64,000 nt of DNA from Lama guanicoe (lineage: Eukaryota), in NCBI GenBank assembly GCA_013239625.1, contig MU055549.1, positions 372,001 to 436,000 of the forward strand. The letters are read 5' to 3'. The position numbers were made by a program, and so were the translations under genes. Numbering within the stretch: position 1 is the stretch's first letter; every line of letters begins with the position of its first letter. The notes beneath the pieces were generated by a model. The model was not told the origin of the DNA, did no database searches, and saw only the letters and a list, made by a program, of their open reading frames with translations. Below, piece by piece: positions 34,201 to 45,604 of the stretch.

Positions 34201-34649
34201 CACAGTTGGGGGAGAGGTGGTAACCCGGGACTTGCTACATCCCTTCATCTCCCCCACCCCCACCCGCTGGCCTGCGCTGTGGGAAGGTTAGGGTGGCCCC
34301 CTCCCACCCAGCACCCCAGCTGGGGGCTTGTCCTATGGGGTGCCGAGCTATCTCCTCTCTCCAGGTTGGCTCGCCACCTTGTCCCCGTGGGTCTGCAGTG
34401 ACGGATGTGCACACCTGAGGGAGCTGGAGGTCCCCATGGCCACTCCCAGGACAGCGTGGACTTGGCCAGTGCCCTGTCTGCTGCAACCCGGTGGCCCCGC
34501 TGCGTAGGAATGTAGGGCTGGCAACGAGCCAGACAGGGTGGGAGGGGCTGGTCAGAGAGGGTCCCTCCGGCTCCGTGGGCCCTTCTCCCTCGCCGCCCCC
34601 AATCTCTCTGCTGGGTTTCACTCTGGTGCCATAGGAGCTGCAGGGGGTG

Positions 34650-35400
34650 ACGGCCTGGGGACGGTCACCGGTCCCTGCCCTTGGCGCCGCGGTCGCTTCA
34701 CTCCTCTTCGGCCGCGTCCGCGTCCCGGGCGCCCCACTGGCCTTGGGGAAGGGCTCGACTAGGCCTGGGACGCCGGTGCTCCGCGGGGAGGCGGAGGGCT
34801 GGGCAGGACCTCTCCCTCGATCTTGGCCGGACCGCGTCTGTCTCCTCGGTGCTACCCGGCAGACGGACACGTGGTGCGTCCTACGTGACTGCAGGGCAGT
34901 CCGCGAGGACCCAACCGGCAGAAGCCGCATCCCCCGGAGCGCGGGCTCTGGGTCCGCGCTGAGCCCCCGGCGGCCGGAGTCGGCCCCCAGCCCGCCGCAG
35001 GGTTTCCGAGGGGACGGGTGGAGTCAGCACCGTCGACTCCCGGGGGCGCCGGCGCCAGCCTAGGCGGAGCACCAAGCCGCCTCCGCGCCCGCCCCGCCGC
35101 GCGGACATCAAAGGCCCCGCGGGCTTCGCCTCCGAATTATCACCCCAACGCCGCCTTCGAGCCCGAGGGGCAGGGCGGCGGGGCTGGTGATGCGGGAGCC
35201 TGACACAGCAGGGAACCGGCAGGCCCTGACCGCAGCTCTTCCTCTGGCCCTTGGGCCGGCTCAGTTCTGTCACCGGACCCGGCGGGGTGAGGCCGGGGAC
35301 TAAAATCACTTGTGTGTAGCTGGGGTGTCTACTGGGAGGCTGCAGGGTGTCCTGGAAGTCGTACGGCCACAGGGCTGCTCCAGGGACGCCCGCGCGCATG
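34650..35400. promoter_or_regulatory. CpG island upstream of VENTX
   Basis: markedly higher CpG density than the flanks. Confidence 0.7.
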
Positions 35401-35595
35401 CTTCCAGCTCCGCAGCGACAGTGTCTGTTTCAGAATCGGGCGAAAGCGTCTGAGCTGGGAGAGGGTGCTGCGTGGAGGCCCTCCGGGAGGGACAGCAGTG
35501 GAGGCCTGGGGGATAAATACCCCCCCAACGACTGCTCAAGGTGCACACTACTTCATCATGTGCTCAAAAGCACTAATTTACAAGTTAAAAAAATT

Positions 35596-35694
35596 GGGGG
35601 GGGGTACTTAGGTTTTTATTTGTATTTTTTAATGGAGGTACTGGGAATTGAACCCAGGACCTGGTGCATCTCTACCACTGAGCTGTACGCTCCC
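35596..35694 (-). mobile_element. camelid-type tRNA-derived SINE, internally deleted
   Basis: minus strand GGGAGCGTACAGCTCAGTGGTAGAG...GGTCCTGGGTTCAATTCCCAGTACCTCC. Confidence 0.8.
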
Positions 35695-36603
35695 GGCTAA
35701 AAGCATTAATTTATGAAATGGCAGGTTTTAACACGGACCATGCCTTTCAAAACCTAGTTTTAGCGTGTCCTCCTTTCTAACCTTTCAGGGCCGGTCCCTT
35801 GGCCTCTTGGCCCCACACAGGAACCATCCTTGGCAGCCATCCCCCAGCTCTACTGGGCGGCTCCCTCCCTGTTCCGGGACCCTCCTCTAATGGCCCTCCC
35901 ACCTCCACTTCCCCAGCCCCTATCTGAACCTCCCCCTCCAGGGTCCTAAGGTGACCTCCCCTCAGCAGGTCAGATGGCCCCACCCTCTGAGCCCTCCCCT
36001 CCAGATGCAGGCGCTGCCTAGGTTGGCGCCTCTTCCCAGCGGTCATTTCCGCCAGGCTGCGAGGGGCTCAGGCTCGCCCGTGTCCACTGGGGTCCCCCTT
36101 CCCTCCCTCTACACCTGGCCGGGTAAAAGCTGTGTAACCCACGTTTGGCCTCAGCTTCCTCACTTGGCTTCAGAGCAGCCTCCGGAGCTGCTAGGGACCG
36201 GCCACCAGGTTTGCTGCCCTTCTGCTGCCTTCCTAGGACTCCGGATGATTCGGCGCAGGCGGGGTTTCCCACCGAACCCGCACCTGCGCGCCCGAAGAGT
36301 CGCGTCCCGCCTGCAGAGGGCAGCGGGCTGGGTGGAGGCCAGCGGGAGTGGGAGACCCGCGCTCTCCGGTCCGTCTGCAGTGGGTGGCCCTGCAGCCCCG
36401 CCCCGACACGCGACCGGAGCCAACTCCCTCCTCCTGAACGGGCTCTTCCGGCGGCCCCAGCCCTGCGTCTGGCACTTGGTTCCGGGGGTCCAGCTGCTTA
36501 AGTCCTGAGACCCGCCGGGTTTTAGCCATCACGGCCCCCACTCGTCTAGGCCACCTCCACCGACAGCGGGGACGACGGCCAGGGGAGGCCCTGCCCCTCC
36601 GAA

Positions 36604-36654
36604 GACCACTGTCCACGCCCCTCCTTCAGACATATCGGAGCCGGGGAGGTGTGA
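36604..36654 (-). promoter_or_regulatory. inverted distal copy of the VENTX T-box/BRE/GC-box module
   Basis: reverse complement matches 34151-34200 at 44 of 51 positions; CAGAC-atatc-GGAGCC at 36627-36642. Confidence 0.7.
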
Positions 36655-37829
36655 GTGAGAAGTGAGGCTGACCCCTGGTGGCCGCATCGCTGTCCTCCTG
36701 TCCCATCTCTCCAGCCCGCGTGGCCTCGGGACGCTCTCGCAGAGCAGGCGCCACGGCCGCCCCTTCAGCCCAGCCCCTCGCTCTCAGGGTGGGCTCCTCC
36801 CCCGCCGCCACGCCCCCTCACGCTCCTCCCCCCCCGCCCTCCCAAGGAGCCCAGGCGGCTTGCTTTTGCTTCTGGCAGAGACCGGAGGTGTCAGTGTGGG
36901 GGCGTGGTGGGCACGTTCCACGCCTGCCGGGCGGTAGTTTGGGAAGAGTACACGGTGGGCGGTGTTGGAGTCCCAGGCCCCAGGTGTGAAGAGGCAGAGA
37001 GCCCCACGCTCTCCCATGGCCTGGGAAGCGGTGGGTCTGTCTGGGTAGGCCCGTTCCTCACACCCCCTCTTTCCTAGGGGGCCAGGTCTGCTGCTGCCTC
37101 GAGGAGCCTCAGCGGTGGCCCTCCCTCCCTCCCGGGTCCACCTCCCTCCGCCCTCAGGGGATGCAGCAGGGCAGGCAGAGTGGGCCAACAGGGGCAGGTG
37201 CTCCCCTGGCCCCTCCCACTCCTCAGCCCTCACTTGGGATCCTCCTGCCCACGGCCCTGAGGCTGGTGCAGTCCAGAGTGGGTGTGCAGGCCTTCCCTGC
37301 TCCAGTCAGTGGGCTCTGAGGCTGTCCCGGCTCAAGGTAATTCCCACCACCTCTGCCCAGCCAAGGGCACATCTCCTTCTGCAGGCGGGGGCCCTCTATC
37401 CTCCAGGCCGAGGAGGGCCTCTGGCTGGCAGGGCTGGGCCACGCTGGGATGACCTCATGCAGGTAAGTTCGTCAGAAAGAAAGTGGACCGAGTCACCACC
37501 CGTGGCCAGGCCCTGTGGCCTTGCAGCTGTGCCCCTGAGAGACAGGGTGGGAGGGATTCGGGGTCGAGGCTGGTTCAGATGGGTTGAAGAGTCACCTGGG
37601 TGACCCTTTGCTGCATTTGGTAAGTCCTCAGTGAGACTGAGCAGCTTGGAAAGGGGCTCTCTGGTGACCCTGGACCGGACCTCGCCTGGAAGGTCTGACT
37701 CCAGGTCTTTGACTTTGGTGAAAGGAATGGGATTTTGGGATTGAATTAAACATAAATTTAAAGGTGAGATTCTGAAGATAGGAAGCTGAAGCCAGTGATA
37801 CTAAAATAAAACAACTGTATGTGAGGACG

Positions 37830-38010
37830 TGGAACTCCCAGGCATATGTGGTGATTTAAGTTAATTTAGGTGAAAAAAATTCAGTTCTTCAGTCGCACTG
37901 GCCACGTTTTAACAGCTCAGTGCCCACACGTGGCTGGTGGCTGTCAGACTGGACAGTGCCTTCGGGAACATTCCCATCATCCCAGTGAGTTCTGCCTGGT
38001 GGTGCTCTGG
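37830..38010 (-). mobile_element. MER3/MER33-like hAT-Charlie MITE
   Basis: aattcagttcttcagtcgcactggccacgttt...cacgtggctggtggctgtcagactggacag...aacattcccatcatc resembles antisense MER3. Confidence 0.7.
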
Positions 38011-39039
38011 ACATACAGATGTGCTGGGTATTATTAGAGACAGCAGTGAACCAGGGCAAGTCAGACAAGCACCCCCTTGTAAATACAGTGAGGACCACAA
38101 CCCCTGGGATCTTTGGAAAGGGACCTCGTTCTGGGAGACTGGTGACAAAGATGACAGGCACTGAGGACAGCAGCAGCCACAGTGACTCAAGTGATCTGTG
38201 ATGACATGGAAATGGGACAGGCTGGCCCAAGATCTTCCGTGTGTGGGACCGAGTCACACGGGGCCAGAGAGTGCAGGTGGGGGCAGGGAGGGCCAGCACC
38301 AAGCTCTAGGAGCAGAGGTGTAAGCCTCAGGGAGGGGTGGCGGGGCTCAGGGCACAGGCCCTTCTGCTCTGCTTACAGAGGCAGGTCTTCGGAAGAGGAT
38401 CATGTGGGTGATGCTGACAAAGCTGAGTGAAATACCTCGTAGAAGAAGTAACCACAGACTTCAGGCGGGATTCTTCACTGCCCAGTCGAAACAGTAGAGA
38501 CGTACTGTCCATCAGTCAGGGATCTGACCTTTCTCCGAGGCCAGAAGGGCCCTTGAGGGACTAGATTAGAACCAAGAGCTCAGAGAGCAAAGAAAAGGGT
38601 GCCCACAGGGTGTGCTGAAGGTGCAGGACGTAGGTCAGGCCCACCCAATAGGCAGGAAAACCTGCCTAGAAAGGATAGTGGCTCTCACGCGGGTAAATGG
38701 TGAGCAGAGGCCAGCCCCGGAGATACCCTGCCTACCGGTGATGGAGGGCAGGCGGGGCTGCATCTGACTGCGAGGCCCGGGCAGAGGACCAGGCCGAGTC
38801 TCGCTCAGGGTCTGTGCCAGGACTCTGCAGGGCTTGGATCATCCATTAAAAAAACCATTAGGGTCTTTCCAGGTGCACATCGTAAGTGAGGAAGTCTGGG
38901 AGACGGCAGTGTGTGGACAGGGCGGGCAAGGCGGGCAGGGTGGGTTCCAGTGTGTCGGAGAAGCCTCTGTGCTGAACTCGGAGCCCCGTGTGTGCCAGGT
39001 GCTAACGCCCCAGCCAGCTCCTGCTGCTGCAGCATCACC

Positions 39040-39358
39040 ACAGACGGGCGGCTTACACAACACCTACTTCTCACCTTTCTGCTGGCTGGGCAGCCGAGGT
39101 CAGAGGCCGGTGGGGTCAGGCTCTGGCAAGGCCAGCTTCCTGGCAGACGGACGGCTGCCTTCTCACTGTGGCCTCCTGTGCAGGGAGCAGGGATAGAAAG
39201 AAACCTTCTCGTGCCTCTTCCTGCAAGGGCACTAGTCCCAGTTACGAGGCTCCGCCCTCAGGACCCAGTCCCCTCCAACCCACCCCTACACCATCACATC
39301 GGGGCTTAGGATTTCAACACAGGGGTCTGGGGGACACAGACATTCAGGCGGAAACAGA
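39040..39358 (-). mobile_element. MLT1-type MaLR solo LTR
   Basis: gccttctcactgtggcctc...aagggcactagtccca...catcacatcggggcttaggatttcaacac...ggggacacagacattcag resembles antisense MLT1A. Confidence 0.7.
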
Positions 39359-39935
39359 GCAACATGGTCTCGTTTAGCAGCAGGGACGGTGTGGGAGGGA
39401 GCCAGCACTTCTGCCTTGTTGGCCCTGGGGGCCCACAGCACAGGACGTGGGGAGCAAACCACAGACGTGGCTGATGTCCTGGGGAGCAGGTTAGACAGAC
39501 CATGGGCCTCTGGTGACAACCTGGAGAACACAGACGGAGCCTCCCTTCCCTCGCTGTAAACCACAAGGGGTAAATGCACGCTCACCAAAGCCTCAAGGAT
39601 GTGCTGCAGAGGTCAGGCAGGGTCGCCAGGCCCCCGACTCAGACAAGGACGCAGGTTTCAGGGGCTGCCCCAGAGTCCAGACACCCCCAGAGACCCCCCC
39701 AGGTTTGCGAATGTTTCAAATATCAACACGTCTATCCCTGGAGCGTTAGACAGATGGTATAGTCAGAGGAACAGGTCAAGAAGAGACCACAATTGGAAGA
39801 CAAACAGTGGAATCGGAGGATGGGCAGTCCTGGAGCGCCAGGTGGCTCGCTCAGGAAGTTGCCCTCTGTCAAGTTCTAGGGACAATCTGGGCATCGGAGG
39901 GAGCACAGGTGGCAGAACTAGTCAGAGACGGTGCA

Positions 39936-40036
39936 GGGGGAAGGGTACAGTTCAAGTGGCAGAGCGCGTGCTCAGCACCCAAGAGGGCCCCGGCTCCCCG
40001 GTACCTCCTCCGGGCGGAAAGCTCATTACCTCCCCC
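39936..40036 (+). mobile_element. degenerate camelid-type tRNA-derived SINE
   Basis: GGGGAAGGGTACAGTTCAAGTGGCAGAGCGCGTGCTCAGCA...attacctcccc. Confidence 0.7.
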
Positions 40037-40730
40037 TCAGAAGAATCAGACAATGTAGCCCCATCCAGGGATAGAAGAGCTCCCCCTCCCAAACTGACAG
40101 GGTTGTCTGCCTATTTGGGGAAACACATCTAAATGTAGGTATCCCGTATAGCCAGTGTCCATCATTGGAAATGGCTGTTTCACGAGGGCCCAACAGCCCT
40201 GACCCTTGATGGACATTTGTGAAAACAAATTCAAACTCTGCCCCCCAGCCCTGTGAAGAATGGAATTTGCGGGGAAGGCCAGCAGCTGAGGGTACCAGGT
40301 GAGGTGGGACAAAACCCGCCCCCAGGGAGTGCGTCATGGCTGCAGCCCTGCATTATGGGACAATGATGACGACCCAGGGACAGTCCTGAACACACAACAG
40401 GGTGGCACTAAAGACAGAGGATAAAGAGAAAAAGCAAAACCAGCCCCACGTCCTTGAAGCTTTGTTGGGTAGGGCCCGTTGGCAGGGAGGGGAGGACCCA
40501 CCATCACTCCAGAGGTCACTGAGCTAGTGGGGCCTTCATGGGCCTCAGCTCACCATGGGACAGAATGAGGATGCAGGTAAGTTCGCTAGGCACCAACGCA
40601 GAAAACAGTCAACTGGGGAAACACCACCTAGCCAGGTCCACCAAGTAGTTGGATGGGAGGACATGGACTCACCAGGCGCAGCGCTGCTGCAAGTCCATGA
40701 GCTGTAGCAACATGCTTAAAGGGTGCCGCC

Positions 40731-41400
40731 CACACACCTGCTAGGATGGATGCAGTGAAAAGACAAAACCAGACAGTAAGTGTGGACGAGGATGTGAAGA
40801 AACTGGAACCCTTGTGCACTGCTGGTGGGAATGTAAAATGGTGCAGTGGCTGGAAAACAGTATGGAGTTTCCTCAAAAAGTTAAAAGTTGAATTACCATA
40901 AGATCTGTCAATTCTACATCTGGATACATACCCAGAAGAATTGAAAGTGGGGTCTTGAAAGGATTTCTGCACACCCACGTTTATGACAGCATTATTCACA
41001 GCAACTAGAATGTGGAAGCAACCCGGGTGTCCATCAGCGGATCAACGGATAACCAAAATTTGGCCTATCCATTCAACGAAATATCATTCAGCCTTAAAAA
41101 GGAAATTCTGCAAAGTGCTACAGCACAGATGAAACTGGAGGACCGTATGCTGAGTATCAAGCAGTCACAGAAAGACAAATAATGTATGATCCTATTTGCA
41201 TGAGGCCCCTAGAGCAGTCAAATCCAGAGGCAGAAAGTAGAAGGTTGGGAGCCAGAGGCTGGGGGAGGGGGCTGCACAATTAGCGTTTAATCATTCAGTT
41301 TGGGAAGACTGAATTCTAGAGGTGGAGGGTAGTGCCAGCCGCTGAAATGGACAAGATGGTGAATTTAATTTACGTGTACTTGACCACGATAAAATAAAAG
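40731..41400 (+). mobile_element. L1 (L1MB-like) ORF2 3' end and 3' UTR fragment
   Basis: gaggatgtgaagaaactggaacccttgtgcactgctggtgggaatgtaaaatggtgcag...ggaagcaacccgggtgtccatca...; AT-rich. Confidence 0.9.
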
Positions 41401-42515
41401 GTTGTGAATTTGCTGACCAAGGGGCCTCTGGTAAGACAGAGGGGGACCAGCCTGAGGACTGGTCCTGGGAGACCCTGCTGGAGACACTGCCCTGTGCTCG
41501 TGGTCAGGCCCAGGGAAATGCTCACGGCCAGAATGCCGTTCCCACCAGGGTGTGTACCCCAGACACGCACAGAGCCAAACCCAGGATGCCTGGCAGAAGA
41601 CTCATGCGTCACAGAGCAGGATGGGGACACACCTCACCCCCAGACCCAGGGAGGGCCACAGCCAAAGGGGGTCACAGGCAGGGCCAGCAGAAAGGATCTG
41701 GGAATCCACGCATCAGGAATGGCTCAAGTTTAAAGACTAAAGACAGTAGCCAAGAAGTGGGCTGAGACAGTACCTCCCCTCACAAGACTGGAAGAGGTCA
41801 GAGATGCCCAAGGGAAGGGGTGTTCAGAGTCGTTACTGCAGGGTAAGTCACCTCCGGAGGATGCCATGGTACGTGGCCCCCAGGGGAACGTGGGCAAGAA
41901 GGCAGGTGGGTTCTCCTCAGTGCCCCCAAATATTTTGAACTTGGAGACTTTCGTGCATGTCTTCAAGCCCCAAAACTTCCTTCCTCCAGAGCAGAGGGTC
42001 CCAGGTGACACGGGCCCTACCCGAGTGGGGTGGGGTCAGCAGATTTGCTGGATGTGGGCCAATGCTGTTTCAGACCCCGCACAGCCCAGGGCTCTGAACT
42101 TCGGGGCTGCGGGAGGATGTTTACAAGCTGGAATCATCCCATACTAGCTTGTGGGTTCTCGGAACCCAGGGCACAGAGTTGCGGAGCAGAGGCCAGGGCA
42201 TCTTAAATGAAGATTTGGGACATTTCACAGAGCCCCCAGGACCTGTCATCAGTAGACAGCTGAAGGGTGGGCACACCCTTGGTCGGCTGAGTCTCTGCAG
42301 GCTGAGGGTCCAGCTGAGGCCTCTCCCAAGATGTCTCCAAAGAAGGGCTAGGGGAGGGCCTGATTCCACCACCCACACTCGAGCCCTCCAGGATGTGGAG
42401 CTGCAGGGCCTGCGGTGACACCCATCCCTCCTTTACCTGTGGCCCAGGGCAACCACTTAAGCCTCTGAATGAGCCCCAGTGGCTGAAAGGCAGCCCTGCA
42501 TTCAACCGGAGCACG

Positions 42516-42530
42516 CATTGTTATGCTGGC
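42516..42530. promoter_or_regulatory. UTF1 3' enhancer Sox2-Oct4 composite element
   Basis: CATTGTTATGCTGGC ~865 bp 3' of the UTF1 stop; the mouse Utf1 enhancer element is CATTGTTATGCTAGT. Confidence 0.8.
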
Positions 42531-43295
42531 CAGCACCTCGGGCTACTTCCTCAGCCCCACCTAGGTGGGAGAGCCTCCGGCCCCGCCCAGTCCCCACTGG
42601 GTCTCATCCACCAGTGCAGGGTGGGGCCCTCAACTGCTATTTGGAAAATGCTCCAGGGGGTAGGGGAGATTTTGATAAAGCTCTTAGAATTGCAGGGACC
42701 CTGGCCTCAGCCAAGGTCGAAAATCTGACCCCCAGCCCCAGCCAACCCAGACCGATCCCCCTTCCTTGGGGGCGGAAGGAGCCCCTGACCTGGGTGTGTG
42801 CCAGCTCTCCTGGTCCAGCTCCGCTAAGAGGCTCAGACTCTTTTCCTTGGGAGGAGCGCTGGAGATTGCTCACGGTTCCCCCCACCAGCTCAGCCACCAC
42901 CATTTCCCTTGGGACCCTCCCAGTGGGGCCCAGCCTCCTCCTCCTCTCTGCTAAGCAAGGCAGGTGGGGGTGGGGACGGTGCTTACCCACCCATGGCTGG
43001 CCTGTGTTGGTGGAAAGTGCTAGCAGGCGGGGTCTGAAGACCTGCAAGAGCACGCTGGTGTGCAATGAGGCCCCAACCGCAGGTTCCCGGTGCCCCATCT
43101 CCCTCCCCACTGGAGACTGGCCTCCTAGGGAAAGTAGGACCCCACGGGGCCCTCCCTCCAGCCCTCCTGGCCCCTCCCTAGGATCCCGAGGCCATTTTAA
43201 CCTCACCCGGACCTCTGCAGCCCTACCTGTAGGGAACGTTCCTATCAGTGCAGGCCGTCACACACACACGGGGTTAAGTTCGAAAAAACAACCTT

Positions 43296-43301
43296 TTTAT
43301 T
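43296..43301 (-). terminator. UTF1 polyadenylation signal
   Basis: AATAAA on the minus strand ~95 nt after the stop. Confidence 0.8.
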
Positions 43302-43394
43302 GAACGTACCTAGGTTTGGGGCGGGGGAGGGCCACAGGAGGGGTCAAGGGCCGAGGCGGGCGGCCCTACAGAGGGGACTGCCGCAGGCCAGGTC

Positions 43395-43879
43395 TCACTG
43401 GCGCGGGTCGGTCAGGACGCCGCGCTCAGCGGCAGCGCTGCCCAAGATGAAGCCCACGGCCAGGGACACGGTCTGGTCGAAGGAGCCACGCAGCTGCTCC
43501 ACGTGCTGGTTCAAGGTCAGCAGCTGGTCACGCAGCGGGCCCAGGATGGACACGATGTCGCCCAGGTGCCCCAGGGTCTGCAGGAGGGCGGCGTTCAGCG
43601 ACGGCGGCGCAGACTGCGGCGGCGCGTGGTCCTCCGGGCGGCCGGGCGGCGAGTCGGAGTCCTCCCGGGCGCGGCCGGGGGACGGCGGCGGTGGGGAGCA
43701 GAGGGGGCGGAAGGGCTCGGGGTCCTCGGGGCGGTCGGGTGCCGGGATGAAGGTGGAGAGCGCCGTCGGCGAGCTGGGGGCGCGGGGGTCTTCCGCAGAC
43801 TTGGGCGGGGACGGGCTGAACCTGAGCGTCCAGGCGGGGTCCGCGTCGGGACCTCGGGCGGCGAGCAGCTGTGGGGCGC
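43395..43879 (-). CDS. UTF1: UTF1 exon 2
   Basis: ttccag|[27 protein letters not shown]...GVLTDPRQ*. Confidence 0.93.
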
Positions 43880-44623
43880 CTGGAACGTGGAGCTGGTGGT
43901 CGGATGCGGCGCGGGGGGCGTGCCCGCCGCTCCTCCGGCGCCCTCTCCCGCCCCAGCCCCCCTCCCTGGCTCTCGGGCCCGGGACGCGCCGCCCCTCCCC
44001 CCAGCCCGCTGCCCCCGCTCTCCAGTCTGGGGCGCTCCCGCCCCTTCCCCTCCCCCAGCCCACCTACCCGGCTCAGCGGGCGCGGCGGGGGCCGGCCGGC
44101 GGCCGCGCGGAGGGCGCCCGGGCCCGGGGGAGCGGCGGCGGGCGCGTCTGCGTCCGTTGTCGCCCAGCAGCCCCATGAGCTGGCGGATCTGCGCGTCGAA
44201 GGGCCCGGGCGGCTGGCCGTGCGCGTCGCGGACCTTGTCCTTGAGGAACTTGTAGCGGCGGCGGCACTGCGCAGGGGTGCGCCGCACTTGCTGGCGGGCG
44301 AGCGCGGCCGACACGCGGCGGTAGGTGGGCAGGGCCTGGCGGCGGTCCAGCAGTAGCGCGCGCCACACGGCCGGCTGCAGCAGCGTGCCCAGCAGCAGCT
44401 CCGTCTCGCGCGCGCTCCAGGGCGTGCGCTGCGCCGAGCGCGGGGACACGGGCAACCCGGGGGACGCGGGCGACCCGGGGGACGCGGGCGCCGCCAGCGC
44501 GCCGGGCGCGGCGGGCCGCCGGGGCGGGGTCCCGGGGACGCCCCCCGCCAGCCGCGGCTCGAGGTCCGGGCTGGCAGGAGACGGCGGCGCGGGCGGAGGC
44601 GGCCGCCGGGGCCGGAGCAGCAT
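43395..44623 (-). CDS. UTF1: undifferentiated embryonic cell transcription factor 1, 2 exons, 346 aa
   Basis: exons 44068-44623 and 43395-43879 sum to 1041 nt; [10 protein letters not shown] start, Myb/SANT-like domain ([19 protein letters not shown]...[11 protein letters not shown]), C-terminal leucine zipper ([17 protein letters not shown]). Confidence 0.97.
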
Positions 44624-44800
44624 CCCGGGGCCGGCGGGCGGGCGGGGGTTGGCGCCGAGGCCCGAGGGAGGCCGCCCACACGAGCTGGGAGGACCCTGCG
44701 CGTCCGCCGTCGGTCGGAGCGGCAGCCGGAGCCCAGCCGGGTCTACGCGGCCCTCCCACCGCTCCGCCCCGCCCCGCCCCGCCTCTCCGCGCGCCAAGTT
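43400..44800. promoter_or_regulatory. CpG island covering UTF1; GC-box promoter at ~44760-44785
   Basis: very high CpG density; tandem ccgccc GC boxes upstream of the ATG; no TATA seen. Confidence 0.8.
44068..44623 (-). CDS. UTF1: UTF1 exon 1
   Basis: ATG at 44623; ...PAAPAEP(G)|gtaggt. Confidence 0.93.
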
Positions 44801-45300
44801 CAATCTGACTGCTCTGGGGCCTTGGTCTCCAGGCCAGTTTTTGGACCCGTAGGCCTTAAGCGCAGGGAGCCAAGCTCTGACCCTGCCTGCGCAGCGGGGA
44901 ACAACCCGCCCAGAAACCGTGTTTGTACTTCTTAAAGTGCTCAGTTGAGGTACAAAAGGACTTGATAACGTGCATTAGGCGCACAGGGTTCGATCCGTCT
45001 TTACGCATGTGCCATGCCCTTTCACCGCTGCGCAGATCAAGCTATGGAACATTCCAGTTCCAGAGGCTCCCTCGCGCCCCCTCCTTTTTCCTTTGGTACA
45101 CCCTAGGTGTTGTTCTAAAACTAATTATATGGTGGCTCCGCCCCCCCTTCCGGTGTGGTTTTAGTCTGCACAGGAGGCGGTGTTCATGCCTGCAGGCAGC
45201 TTCTTGCTGGAGCTGACAAGAACCTGGCCACTGGTCAGACTTAGGGTCGTAATTCACACACATTTCACAGAACAAAACTTCTTTGTTCTGGTAACGAATG

Positions 45301-45602
45301 CCTACAGCTAACATAGTTAATACACAGTACTGAGCCTTACCCTCTTGAGATTAGGAATAAGACAGGAATGCCCAACATTACAGCTTCTGTCCAACTTTAT
45401 TCTAGAAGTCCGAGCCAGAGCAATAAGACAGGAAAAAGGAATGAGAAATGGAGAGACAGCAAAGGAAGAAGTAAAATAAGTCAGTACTTGCAAATAATAC
45501 GGTTGTATATGTGGAAAGCACAAAATTACAAACACATTGTTAGAATTAATAAATGAGCTTAGCAAGGTCACTGAGTACAAAAATAAGCAAAAATCAGTCT
45601 AC
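45301..45602 (+). mobile_element. L1 ORF2 reverse-transcriptase fragment (decayed)
   Basis: cctacagctaacat...ggaataagacaggaatgccca...tctagaagtccgagccagagcaataagacaggaaaaag corresponds to the L1 RT segment GTRQGCP..EVLARAIRQEK. Confidence 0.85.
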
Positions 45603-45604
45603 TT

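Noticed and set aside
35022-35045. REST/RE1-like site (TCAGCACC)
   Set aside because: Only the left half-site matches; the GGACAG half is absent.
43300-44852. Long ORFs overlapping UTF1 (43300..44178 +, 43503..44255 +, 43528..44679 -)
   Set aside because: Shadow ORFs caused by extreme GC content and stop-codon scarcity; no recognisable domains.
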